Positions 10,287 through 19,454 of a DNA stretch of 64,000 nucleotides are shown here, one piece after another. The first letter of the stretch is position 1, and every line of letters starts with the position of its first letter. Both the position numbers and the translations under genes were made by a program. Under the pieces are notes generated by a model. That model was not told the DNA's origin. It searched no databases and was given only the letters and a program-made list of their open reading frames with translations. Origin of the DNA: a virus; the IMG/VR virus record IMGVR_UViG_3300005689_000056, positions 35,462 through 99,461 of that record; one strand, given 5' to 3'.

Positions 10287-10693
10287 CAGAACGTATCAAA
10301 CGTAGGCAGCGAGAGGCTTACCGGGATCAGCACCCAAAGCAGGATAGCGCTCTGCGTAATGGTCTCTTGTGTCGTGGGGTCAATCGAGAGGTCACGTATG
10401 GTGAGGAGGGCAGGCCACGCTACCTTGAGGTCTATACGGTACCGGAGGCGGCAGAGGCTATGGGTAGGTCGATGCTCGGGTTTAAGCGCTGGATAACCAA
10501 CGGCCTTATCCCGCCACCCATCCTGCAGGACACGGTTTTTCAGTACAAGCAGTATAGCTATGGGGAGCTTGAGGCTATCCGTAGTGAGATTGTCAGGCAC
10601 GAGCGGGAGTTTTCGTATTTTACTGCCAAGCATCAGGTGACAATTCACCGGGTGTGGCAGGCGGTGCAGGCTTACAGATCGCGACATATGTGA
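10148..10693 (+). CDS. MerR/excisionase-like HTH DNA-binding protein
   Basis: YTVPEAAEAMGRS..GFKRWITNGLIP pattern; start overlaps helicase end and is uncertain. Confidence 0.65.
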   Translation: MENRKGTASNRRRRSGTRSQTERSTPEKATDRNELRRQQYASDPALAERIKRRQREAYRDQHPKQDSALRNGLLCRGVNREVTYGEEGRPRYLEVYTVPEAAEAMGRSMLGFKRWITNGLIPPPILQDTVFQYKQYSYGELEAIRSEIVRHEREFSYFTAKHQVTIHRVWQAVQAYRSRHM

Positions 10694-10701
10694 GGTGAGT
10701 T

Positions 10702-11037
10702 ATGGATTCAGGGAGAGTAAGACGGGTGCGACCCAGCGGTGAGGGGGCTTCCGAGGAAACCGTAGAGGTGGTATCTACCTCGGTTACAGGGCAGGCATCG
10801 CCCACCGTAAAGCAACGTACGCTGAGTGTGCGCAAGTTTGTCACTCAGCCGGCGTACGTAGGGGTCTCTGCCGGGGTAACCAAAGAGACAGGGTCGTACG
10901 AGTTTCTGCGGGTAGACATCACCGTCAATATGCCGTGCTACGTAGAGGAAGTGGATCGCGTATCTCACGAGGTTGCAGAGTATGTTGCGCAGCGTCTTGA
11001 CGAAGAGATAACCGAGTATCTTGGCGGGGAGGAATAA
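10702..11037 (+). CDS. Hypothetical protein with N-terminal GRVRRVRP
   Basis: GAGGTG RBS; tight packing. Confidence 0.75.
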   Translation: MDSGRVRRVRPSGEGASEETVEVVSTSVTGQASPTVKQRTLSVRKFVTQPAYVGVSAGVTKETGSYEFLRVDITVNMPCYVEEVDRVSHEVAEYVAQRLDEEITEYLGGEE

Positions 11038-11038
11038 C

Positions 11039-12160
11039 ATGGCTAGACCTAAGAAGACTGCAGTACCGGAAGACAGCGACGCTAACGAGCTTGAGCAGAC
11101 GCTGAAAGAGGTACGTAAACGCTTCGGCGACACCAGCGTATCGTCTGGCTCGACCATCGTACAGCCGGAGCGAGTGTCTACGGGTAGTTTTGTTTTGGAC
11201 TTCCAGACACTGGGCGGTATCCCGAGAGGGCGAGCCACCATGATTGTCGGAGAGCGCCACTCAGGCAAGACCACTATTGCTTGCAAGGTGACAGCATCCG
11301 CCCAGCGGCAGTACCCGGACGAGGCCGTAGCATTGGTAGATGCAGAGGGTACATTTGACGCTGTTTGGGCGGCTAAACTCGGCGTAGATCTTGATCGCCT
11401 TGTCTTGTTCCAGCCGGAGACTGGAGAGGCAGCGGTAGATGTTATCGATGCATTTATCGGAACGCGAGAAGTCTCTATGGTGATTGTTGATTCTGTCGCC
11501 GCGCTCACCCCGATGGCGGAGATCGAAAGCAGTGCCGAGGATGCACATGTTGGTCTTCAGGCCCGGCTAGTTGGCGGTATGATCCGTAAGGCTACGGCGG
11601 GCATGATTCGCGAGCGTAGGCGCGGCCATAATATCGGGCTACTTTTCCTGAACCAGTACCGTTCGAAGATTGGCGGGTTTGCAAAGTTCGGCGAACCCAA
11701 GACCATCCCCGGCGGCAGGGCGCTGGAGTTCGCCACGTCATTACAGATCGTGATGAAGAACAAAGAGAACACCGGCAAGGACGAGATCGGTAATGACGCT
11801 GTGACTGTAAATGATCATAGCTTCCAGATCACCAAGAACAAGATGAATAGCGGTGGCCGTACCGGTGAGTTCCGGCTGTTGAGGCAAGATGACGACGATC
11901 TCGGCCTGAAGGAAGGGGACATCGACGACGCGGGTACCATGCTGGCTTACGCGAAAAAGTTTGGCGCGTACACTGGAGGCGGTAGCTCTTGGGCTCTTGA
12001 GTTTTGGTCTCATGAGCTAAAGTTCAAGGGGCTGGAGCACGCAAAGCGCGCACTCTACGCAGATCGTTCCTTGTACTGGGATCTACGTAACTTCCTCATT
12101 GCAAGTCAGGCCGAGGCTCTTGGTATGCCTGAGTACTTCGTAGAGAGGTTCCTCGTATGA
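11039..12160 (+). CDS. recA: RecA-family recombinase
   Basis: STGSFVLD..GGIPRGR, GERHSGKTT, VDAEG, IVDSVAAL, PGGRALEF. Confidence 0.93.
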   Translation: MARPKKTAVPEDSDANELEQTLKEVRKRFGDTSVSSGSTIVQPERVSTGSFVLDFQTLGGIPRGRATMIVGERHSGKTTIACKVTASAQRQYPDEAVALVDAEGTFDAVWAAKLGVDLDRLVLFQPETGEAAVDVIDAFIGTREVSMVIVDSVAALTPMAEIESSAEDAHVGLQARLVGGMIRKATAGMIRERRRGHNIGLLFLNQYRSKIGGFAKFGEPKTIPGGRALEFATSLQIVMKNKENTGKDEIGNDAVTVNDHSFQITKNKMNSGGRTGEFRLLRQDDDDLGLKEGDIDDAGTMLAYAKKFGAYTGGGSSWALEFWSHELKFKGLEHAKRALYADRSLYWDLRNFLIASQAEALGMPEYFVERFLV

Positions 12161-12522
12161 GTCGCGAGTCTTTTCTGAATCGCGATACCAAGCACGGTAA
12201 CGCCTCTTACCGCAGATCTCGTAAACAGGAGAAAGAACTGTCTATCAGGCTGCGGGGGAGGCAAACTGTAGCGTCGGGTAGTAAAGCAGAGAAGGGGGAT
12301 GTGAGGGTCAAGCGTATTCTACGGCTTGAGGCGAAGACGACTAAACATCGCAGCTTTTCTGTAACCCTTGACATGATTAATCAGATAGAGGAGGCTGCGC
12401 TTTCGAGCGAGGAGCTTCCCTGCATCTTGATAGAGTTCAACGATGGCAACGGCAAGCGAATCAAAGAAGTGGCCGTAGTACCAAGTTACGTACTTGACGA
12501 CCTTGTCTCTAAACATAGTTGA
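12157..12522 (+). CDS. PD-(D/E)XK nuclease, Hjc-like resolvase
   Basis: QEKE..SGS..KGDV..LEAK spacing. Confidence 0.65.
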   Translation: MSRESFLNRDTKHGNASYRRSRKQEKELSIRLRGRQTVASGSKAEKGDVRVKRILRLEAKTTKHRSFSVTLDMINQIEEAALSSEELPCILIEFNDGNGKRIKEVAVVPSYVLDDLVSKHS

Positions 12523-12536
12523 AATCGATTGCAAAC

Positions 12537-13415
12537 ATGACTACCAAATCCAGAGTAGTGCGCCGTAAAAAGGCTGACCCGGAAGGCGATTCACCCGTAG
12601 TGGTTTATGGGCAAGATGATACCCCGGTAATTGACTTGCTTCTTAGTGCTAAGCGCAAGCGTGACAAGTTTCGGAGAGGCGAGTACCTGCACGTATCCGA
12701 CGTGGTAGGTAAGTGCGTACGTAAGATAGCGCTGTCGGAGGCACACGGGATGCCTATGCCTACTGAGCCTATCACGCACTCGATGGCAATGACCTTTGCA
12801 CAGGGTAGTGCCTTGCACGACTACGTGAAGAGCGCACTTGTGCGACACCCCGACATGCCACTATGGGGGTCTTGGACTTGCAAGTGTGGAGCCAGTTTGG
12901 AGGAGCGTCGTTCTCATGCTGAGGTGGCTGATCTGCATTGCGAGGATTGTGGGGGGCCTCTCGATCAGTATGTAGAGATTGACATCAAGGATACGGAGTT
13001 ACTGGTTAGCGGTTCGCCTGACGTTATCCTGAAAGAACCGACCAAGAACTGCTACCACATTCTTGAAATCAAATCGATGTCTCATGAGGAGTGGAAGGGT
13101 CTCGTACGCGCCAAGCCTGACCATATTGTGCAGGTCGTCATGTACTGGTATCTCATGCGTCGGGCGGGGTTCCGTACCACCTCTACGGTCTCTGTACTAT
13201 ATGTCACCAAGGGTTTTGTGTTTAAAGGCCAGCCCTTCAAAGAGTTCGTTATTGATTGTGATACCGCGCTACGCCATATTGATGACTACATCGAGGACGC
13301 AAAGGCCTTCGCTCGTTTTCGCGAGACAGGCGAGCTACCGGTACGTACCAAGTGCGCAACGATAAATTGCCCAGAAGCTAAGAAGTGTCACGTAGCTATG
13401 GAGTGTTTCTCGTGA
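12537..13415 (+). CDS. Cas4-like PD-(D/E)XK exonuclease
   Basis: CVRK, G..LH, GSPD..LEIKS, QVVMY, C-terminal Cys cluster. Confidence 0.75.
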   Translation: MTTKSRVVRRKKADPEGDSPVVVYGQDDTPVIDLLLSAKRKRDKFRRGEYLHVSDVVGKCVRKIALSEAHGMPMPTEPITHSMAMTFAQGSALHDYVKSALVRHPDMPLWGSWTCKCGASLEERRSHAEVADLHCEDCGGPLDQYVEIDIKDTELLVSGSPDVILKEPTKNCYHILEIKSMSHEEWKGLVRAKPDHIVQVVMYWYLMRRAGFRTTSTVSVLYVTKGFVFKGQPFKEFVIDCDTALRHIDDYIEDAKAFARFRETGELPVRTKCATINCPEAKKCHVAMECFS

Positions 13416-13939
13416 TAGTCATGGGTATGGACCCCAGCCTTACCAGCTTTGGGGTTGCCTATCGCGATGTCGGGGGGAGGCTGTGCGCTAACAGGATCAG
13501 CACGCCCGGCAACAAGCGCGGGTCGGAGCGTCTTGATTACCTAGAAACTACCGTAGCCTACTATCTGGATAAGTACAAACCTGAAGTAGTAGCCTACGAG
13601 GATTACGCGTATGGTAAAGGCCCGCGCAACAGCAATAACCTTTTCGGTATTGGGGAGCTAGGCGGGGTAATTAAGTTATTGCTTTACCGTCGTGGGGTTG
13701 CTATATTGACGGTTCCACCGACGAGCCTAAAACTTTTCGCTACTGGCTCAGGGCGTGCCGAGAAGTCGGACGTAGCCGCATTCATCCAAGAGACAGAGGG
13801 GGTAACTTTTGCAACGTCCGACCAGAGCGATGCGGCAGCGCTTCTGAAGTTGGGCGAGATGGCGACGCATACTACAATGAGGCCTCGCTTACGGACCCAC
13901 CCGCAGCGCAGGGCGATAGCAGGTTGTCAATGGTTGTAG
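13412..13939 (+). CDS. RuvC-like Holliday junction resolvase
   Basis: GMDPSLTSFG, AYED, ELGGVIK, DQSDAA. Confidence 0.85.
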   Translation: MIVMGMDPSLTSFGVAYRDVGGRLCANRISTPGNKRGSERLDYLETTVAYYLDKYKPEVVAYEDYAYGKGPRNSNNLFGIGELGGVIKLLLYRRGVAILTVPPTSLKLFATGSGRAEKSDVAAFIQETEGVTFATSDQSDAAALLKLGEMATHTTMRPRLRTHPQRRAIAGCQWL

Positions 13940-14052
13940 TTTGCAATCGATATCAAATTTTCTGGCGTTTGCAGTTTTTGAAGAACGTAGTACTATTCAT
14001 CCACGCAGTAACCACGCATCGGTAACAATCCATCAACTGATAGGTACCCAAA

Positions 14053-15417
14053 ATGGCAAAGAAAGCAGCATTCAAGATCGGTGACACCGTCAATTTCCTC
14101 GGCTACTCCGAGGAGATGCCTGACAACGAAAAGATCCTCACCGAAGGCAACACCTACACGGTGGTTGAGGTAAACGACGCAGAGGAACTGGTCAGCGTCG
14201 AGATGGCGAACCCGGAATTCAACCCGAAGAAGGCCGAAAGCGACAAGAACCCGAAGACCCTGATTGTCGATGTCTTCCTCAACGAAGTCGAGCTTGCCGA
14301 CGGTGAGGAAGAAGAGGCCCCGCCGCCGAAGAAGGCTGCTTCCAAGACCGCCGCCAAGGGCAAGGCCAAGGGCAAGGCTGTCGCTGAGGAAGAAGAGGAA
14401 GAAGAGGAAGAGGAAGCCGACGAGGAAGAGGAAGAAGAAGAGGAAGAAGCCCCGCCGCCGAAGAAGACCGCCGCCAAGGGCAAGGCCGCTGCCAAGGAAG
14501 AAACCAAGGCCAAGACTCCGGCGAAGAAAACTGCCGCGAAGGCTCCTGCCAAGGCTGACGCCAAGACGAAGGCTCCCGCCAAGTCGAAGGCCAAGGACGA
14601 AGAAGAGGCCGACGAGGACGATCTGCCCGATCTGGAGAACGAAGACGAGGAAGTCGCAGCCTTGGTCGAAGAGGCCGAAAACGTCCTCGATCTGGCCGAA
14701 GAACTGATCAATGACAGCGCGGCAATCGACTACAAGCTGGGCGGCGTGCTCTACCATATCCGCAAGGGCAAGTTGCACCACAAGGCCGACAAGCGCTACC
14801 GCGAGGCCGGCGGCTTTGGTCTCTACGTCAAGGAACGCCTGAACGTCGAGTACCGCAAGGCGATGAACCTGATCGAGATCTACGTCAACTTCAACCTCGC
14901 CGGCATCAGCGGTGAGAAGGTGGCCGAGATCGGCTGGACCAAGGCAAGCAAGATCGCCTCGCTGATGAGCCAGAAGCTCAAGGGCGGCGCAGAGGTCGAT
15001 GACCTTGGCGAACTCGGCGAAGAACTGGTCAAGGTCGCCGAGAATTCGTCGGTCAGCGATCTGGTCGATACGATCAAGGAAGATTACGCAGTTGCCGGCG
15101 CCAGCAAGGGCGAAAAGGTCAAGCGTATTACCTTCCGGTTCCGCCTGATCGAGAACGCCGGGGCGGCAGTCACCGAGGTACTGGAGGCTCAGGCGAAGCT
15201 GATGGGGGCGAAAGACTTGTCGGATGCTTTCGAACACATCGTGATGGAATGGGCCGTCGAGCATATGGACACCCCGCCCGAGATCAAGGTGCCGGCCGAG
15301 GGCAAGACGGCAGGCAAGTCGGCAGGCAAGTCGGCAGGTAAGGCAGCATCTGCCTCCACCGCCAAGGGCAAGACGGCAGGCAAGACCACCGCCCGCCGTG
15401 CCCGTACCGAAGAGTAA
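14053..15417 (+). CDS. Acidic and Lys/Ala-rich protein, likely abundant
   Basis: Strong codon bias, upstream TTGCAG-16-TACTAT, own terminator, poly-E and histone-like KKTAAK blocks. Confidence 0.85.
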   Translation: MAKKAAFKIGDTVNFLGYSEEMPDNEKILTEGNTYTVVEVNDAEELVSVEMANPEFNPKKAESDKNPKTLIVDVFLNEVELADGEEEEAPPPKKAASKTAAKGKAKGKAVAEEEEEEEEEEADEEEEEEEEEAPPPKKTAAKGKAAAKEETKAKTPAKKTAAKAPAKADAKTKAPAKSKAKDEEEADEDDLPDLENEDEEVAALVEEAENVLDLAEELINDSAAIDYKLGGVLYHIRKGKLHHKADKRYREAGGFGLYVKERLNVEYRKAMNLIEIYVNFNLAGISGEKVAEIGWTKASKIASLMSQKLKGGAEVDDLGELGEELVKVAENSSVSDLVDTIKEDYAVAGASKGEKVKRITFRFRLIENAGAAVTEVLEAQAKLMGAKDLSDAFEHIVMEWAVEHMDTPPEIKVPAEGKTAGKSAGKSAGKAASASTAKGKTAGKTTARRARTEE

Positions 15418-15438
15418 TCTTCCCTCACGGTAGTACCG

Positions 15439-15471
15439 GGGCATAGTCGAGAGGCTATGCCCTATTTTTTT
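15439..15471 (+). terminator. Intrinsic terminator
   Basis: GGGCATAG..CTATGCCC stem followed by a T tract. Confidence 0.85.
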
Positions 15472-15497
15472 GTACCTAACATTTGCTGAGGTGAAGC

Positions 15498-15731
15498 ATG
15501 GGCGAGAGACTAGCCTGCATGGATTGCAGGCACTGGCAGAGTGTACCGGCTGGTAGTACATACGCTAGCGGGTTGTGTGGGCATCCTAATCTAGTGGAGC
15601 ATCTTGACCCTACTACCGGATGGGTTGCTGGACCGCATAACTTGTACATACTATCGAGCAGTGCGTGTCGTGAGGTGCTAAGTCTTTGTGCGGGCGAAGC
15701 AAAGTGGTTTGAGCCGTTGGTGAAGGAGTAA
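15498..15731 (+). CDS. Small Cys-rich protein
   Basis: GAGGTG RBS; CMDCRHW..C..C..C. Confidence 0.6.
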   Translation: MGERLACMDCRHWQSVPAGSTYASGLCGHPNLVEHLDPTTGWVAGPHNLYILSSSACREVLSLCAGEAKWFEPLVKE

Positions 15732-15735
15732 GGAC

Positions 15736-16440
15736 ATGCCGGGAGCAAAGAAACACGTAAGGCGTGCACGCAGTCGCGTACGGGCTGCTACGTCTTTGGG
15801 GGTGCCTCGCGTAGAGATGCACTATCTGGACATTTCGTCTATCGTACCCTACGAGTTGAACCCGAGGGATAACGCTGCCGCTATCGAGTCTGTCGCTAAC
15901 TCCATCCGTAGTTTTGGGTTCCTTGTACCCGTAGTCGTGGACGCTAATAATGTACTTGTGGCGGGGCACACCCGGGTCGAGGCAGCTAAGACCCTAGGCC
16001 TTAATGAAGTACCTGCTATCAAGGCTGACAAACTCACCCCAGACCAGATTGACGCGTTCCGTATCATCGATAACAAGGTATCGGAACTCGCACGCTGGGA
16101 CTTCGACCTACTGTCGGTCGAGATCACCCGGCTTACCGGGTCGGGTATTGAGTTCGTTGGTTACGGCTTTACGCAGGAAGAGGTTGATTGTCTCTCGGAT
16201 GCTGTGGCCGACGATTGCCTCAATGTCGATAACCTCGTAGACCAAGAGGCCCGGGACCGCACACGACGCGCGGAACGGCGCGCACCAGCTACGGCACGGT
16301 TCGTGTTGGGGGAGTTGGTATTCTTCATCACAGCCACGGAGTACCGGAACTGGGTAAGCGGGGTACGAGAGCTTTGCGACTACGACGAGACCGCCATCAC
16401 CGCAGAGATCAAGCGGCGTCTCGGTATTTCACAGGGGTAA
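15736..16440 (+). CDS. ParB/Srx-domain protein
   Basis: YELNPRDN, SIRSFGFLVPVVVD, AGHTRVEAA, DNKVSE. Confidence 0.88.
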   Translation: MPGAKKHVRRARSRVRAATSLGVPRVEMHYLDISSIVPYELNPRDNAAAIESVANSIRSFGFLVPVVVDANNVLVAGHTRVEAAKTLGLNEVPAIKADKLTPDQIDAFRIIDNKVSELARWDFDLLSVEITRLTGSGIEFVGYGFTQEEVDCLSDAVADDCLNVDNLVDQEARDRTRRAERRAPATARFVLGELVFFITATEYRNWVSGVRELCDYDETAITAEIKRRLGISQG

Positions 16441-16444
16441 TGGC

Positions 16445-17935
16445 ATGATCAAGAATACGCCTATTAGCTCGCTGCAGCCTGACAAGAAAAACCCTCGCAA
16501 GGCAGACGACGCCAGACTAGGGCTACTGCGATTGTCGCTCGCTAAACTCGGGTTTATCATGCCTGTGTACTCCACGCCGGGTGGTATGCTTTTGTCCGGA
16601 CACCAGCGTCAGCGAGTAGCTACCGAGATGGGCATCGAAAACATCCCGGTGGTTACCATCAAGGTAGCCGAGAAAGACATCCAAGGTATCAACATCCTGT
16701 TCAACCGCGCCACGAACGATTTTGGGGCACTGGATACAGGGGCTAAGGCCAAGGATAAGTTAGATATCGAGACGGTTATTGAGGCTGCGGATAATCTGCC
16801 CGACTTTGATCACGAGAACTGGTTTGCACTCGATTGCAAAAATGAAAACATTCGAGGTCTGGGCAAGGACGATAGCGACCGCTACGACAAGAAAGCTGTA
16901 GTCGTAGCTACCAGCCTGATGCGAATGGGTATCGAGATCCCGGTAGTCATCTCCCAGTCTGGCAAGATCGTAAACGGTATCAATCGATTGTTCGCGGCGA
17001 AGGAGGCGGGGCGTACGGAGTGGCCGGTTATCCGTATCCCCGACGAGTACGCTACGGTAGCTCTCAACTTCCTGAACTACCTCTCGATGGACTTCCACGT
17101 AGATGAGGACTTCGCCAGACTGATGCGGTATTCGGCTTTCCGACGCCCGCAGAACAATCGAGGCAACGTACCGAAGGCCTACAGATTCTGGGCGAATGGG
17201 GGGCGTACGCTACTTGACCGCGATTCATACAGCCCGGAATACTGGCGCAACTTCCGTGATCTGCACGGGCTTAGCGTTTTGGATTTTGGTGCTGGTCTCT
17301 GCAAGGTCAAGCCGTTCTTGGAAGAACGTGGCATGGCTTGCAGCGAGTTTGAGCCATACCGCATCGACCCTGAGAGCGGGGTGGGCGTGCCGTCCCCTGA
17401 CTACTCACGTATGAAGGCCCGAGAGTTCCTTACCGAGATTGCGGATGGTCGTGTGTTCACTTCGATCTTTCTGGCATCGGTACTCAACAGCATCCCGTTT
17501 CCGAAAGATCGTATGGCTGTGCTCGCCATCGTCAATGCGTTGTCGAGCAAGGACACAGTCACCTATGGTACCTGCAGGGATATCTCTGACTTTGTTTACG
17601 AGTATGGCGGCATCCGTCAGGCCAACTACTTCGTATTCGACTCAGAGCCGGGGGTTCGTGTAGGTGACGTAGTTAAGTCCCCCAAGATCCAGAAGTTCCA
17701 TACACAGGAAGAGGCAGAGGCTATGTTCTCTCGCCTGTGGGTGAAGCGCGAGTACTGGCCGGGCGGGAACGTCTTCTATTTCAAGCTGTCGTCACCCAAG
17801 ACCGTCAACCCTAAAGTACTATCTCAGGCGCTGGAGTTGGAGTTTGAGCTACCATATGCAGATGGTGCGGATATGGGGCTCAGTACGTATGCTAAGAAGT
17901 GCTTTGGCAAGCGTCTTGGGATCAAGCTGCCTTAA
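16445..17935 (+). CDS. Tandem ParB/Srx domains fused to a SAM-methyltransferase-like domain
   Basis: NPRK..LSGHQR and IVNGINRL ParB-like motifs; VLDFGAG SAM motif I; SVLNSIP. Confidence 0.75.
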   Translation: MIKNTPISSLQPDKKNPRKADDARLGLLRLSLAKLGFIMPVYSTPGGMLLSGHQRQRVATEMGIENIPVVTIKVAEKDIQGINILFNRATNDFGALDTGAKAKDKLDIETVIEAADNLPDFDHENWFALDCKNENIRGLGKDDSDRYDKKAVVVATSLMRMGIEIPVVISQSGKIVNGINRLFAAKEAGRTEWPVIRIPDEYATVALNFLNYLSMDFHVDEDFARLMRYSAFRRPQNNRGNVPKAYRFWANGGRTLLDRDSYSPEYWRNFRDLHGLSVLDFGAGLCKVKPFLEERGMACSEFEPYRIDPESGVGVPSPDYSRMKAREFLTEIADGRVFTSIFLASVLNSIPFPKDRMAVLAIVNALSSKDTVTYGTCRDISDFVYEYGGIRQANYFVFDSEPGVRVGDVVKSPKIQKFHTQEEAEAMFSRLWVKREYWPGGNVFYFKLSSPKTVNPKVLSQALELEFELPYADGADMGLSTYAKKCFGKRLGIKLP

Positions 17936-17956
17936 CAACAACTGTGGGTGATACTC

Positions 17957-18703
17957 ATGACTTTGAAGATCGAGAATGGGAGGGTTATTCACTACCCTAC
18001 TGGTGACAAGTTCGCTTTCGACGGGGAGGTGGCTTTGATCTTCCCTGATATGGCCCGGAGGTCAATACCTTTGTACGATGAAGTACACCGTATGCACGCC
18101 TCGCTACTGTCCCACGTGTGGGATACGAAGTCGGCGCATGTAGTGGATGTCGGGGCCTCGCGGGGAGAATTTTTCCGTGCTATTTGCAATCAATTGCAAT
18201 GCTCGGAGCGCCACCCTCCTAGCTGGTTGCGTCTTACCGCTATCGATTCGTCACCACACATGATGGCTAGACTGAAAGACGATATGCCTAAAGTGGAAGT
18301 CATCACCGGGTATGCTCAAGACTTGCAGCCTCTTGAGCATAAGGCAGATGTGATATCTATGTTCTACATTCTGCAATTCATCGAGGCTGACGCGGATAAG
18401 TTGAAGGCCTTGCGCTGGGCAGCGGATAACCTCAAGCCGGGCGGGGTATTGCTGCTAGGGCAGAAAGATACGGTGACACATACGTACGACGCTATGTTCA
18501 CTAGGGAGTACCATAACTTTAGGCGCCGCAACGGCTACACCATTGCGGAGATTGCGGCTAAGTCTGCCGCACTCAAGAACTCGATGTGGACTAGCTCGCC
18601 AGCATGGCTTGAGGATATGTGCATCCAAGCCGGGTTCTGCGACTATGTCGTAACGTCGCGTTGGCTGCAGTTTTCTACCAGCATCTGCACTATTGGGGGG
18701 TAA
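17957..18703 (+). CDS. CmoA-like SAM-dependent enzyme
   Basis: FDGEVALIFPDMARRSIPLY, DVGASRG, AIDSSPHM, ILQF, NGYTIAEI parallel to CmoA; start could be 17948. Confidence 0.8.
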   Translation: MTLKIENGRVIHYPTGDKFAFDGEVALIFPDMARRSIPLYDEVHRMHASLLSHVWDTKSAHVVDVGASRGEFFRAICNQLQCSERHPPSWLRLTAIDSSPHMMARLKDDMPKVEVITGYAQDLQPLEHKADVISMFYILQFIEADADKLKALRWAADNLKPGGVLLLGQKDTVTHTYDAMFTREYHNFRRRNGYTIAEIAAKSAALKNSMWTSSPAWLEDMCIQAGFCDYVVTSRWLQFSTSICTIGG

Positions 18704-18704
18704 C

Positions 18705-19454
18705 ATGGCTGACAGGGAAAATGGAGAGACTGTAGGTCGTCGCATCTCGCGTCGGCGTTCAGGCTTTGCGTTCTCGGGGGCTTCTGTCTCTGACTCCACG
18801 CAGCAGCAAGGCGGCAATATCAATGACGGTGTGGAGAGGATGGTCAATACCCCGCCATCGTCTTTACCGCCGCCTGAGCCACCACAGACAATCGCGGGGA
18901 CGCCGTCTGAGGACTTCAACCCGCAGGGGCGTCTGGCGCAGGTGCGCCGCCGTTCTACCACCTACGAACGAGAGTACCGGCTGAATCTACTACACCGCCT
19001 CATGATGCGTGGGGTACCGCTCGATGAGATAGCAAACCAGCTTGGTATCTCTGTGTCTCAGGTATATCGTGATCGTGACGAGTTGAAGGAGCGCCATCGC
19101 GCATCGTCTCGCAGTCTGGATATCGACGAGATCATCGGAGACAGCAAGGGGTATTACGAGGAAGCTGGTGCTATGGCTATGCGCGCCGCCTCCAAGAACG
19201 ACCTACCCTACGCAATGCGTCTTGCGGCTGTACGTACAGCGTTAGCCGCCAAGAATGACATGCACCGTTTCTTCCAGACAGCAGGTGTCTATGACGTGTT
19301 GCGTTTTCGCAAGGCGCAGGACGGTAACGGTACGTCCGATGTTCGTCGCCTCATGGAGAATACTGAGCGCCTTCTGTCCGGCGGTCTGGGTGACCTCAGC
19401 GGTGCGGTCAACGACGCTATCGATTCTGGCGATCAGGAGAATCTTGACCTATGA
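18705..19454 (+). CDS. Terminase small subunit (putative)
   Basis: HTH LDEIANQLGISVSQVYRD; stop overlaps TerL start. Confidence 0.7.
   Translation: MADRENGETVGRRISRRRSGFAFSGASVSDSTQQQGGNINDGVERMVNTPPSSLPPPEPPQTIAGTPSEDFNPQGRLAQVRRRSTTYEREYRLNLLHRLMMRGVPLDEIANQLGISVSQVYRDRDELKERHRASSRSLDIDEIIGDSKGYYEEAGAMAMRAASKNDLPYAMRLAAVRTALAAKNDMHRFFQTAGVYDVLRFRKAQDGNGTSDVRRLMENTERLLSGGLGDLSGAVNDAIDSGDQENLDL

Noticed and set aside
13993-15561. Long minus-strand ORFs here and at 8058-8742, 55309-56328, 56683-57585
   Set aside because: Antisense shadows of codon-biased or low-complexity + strand genes, with no recognisable motifs
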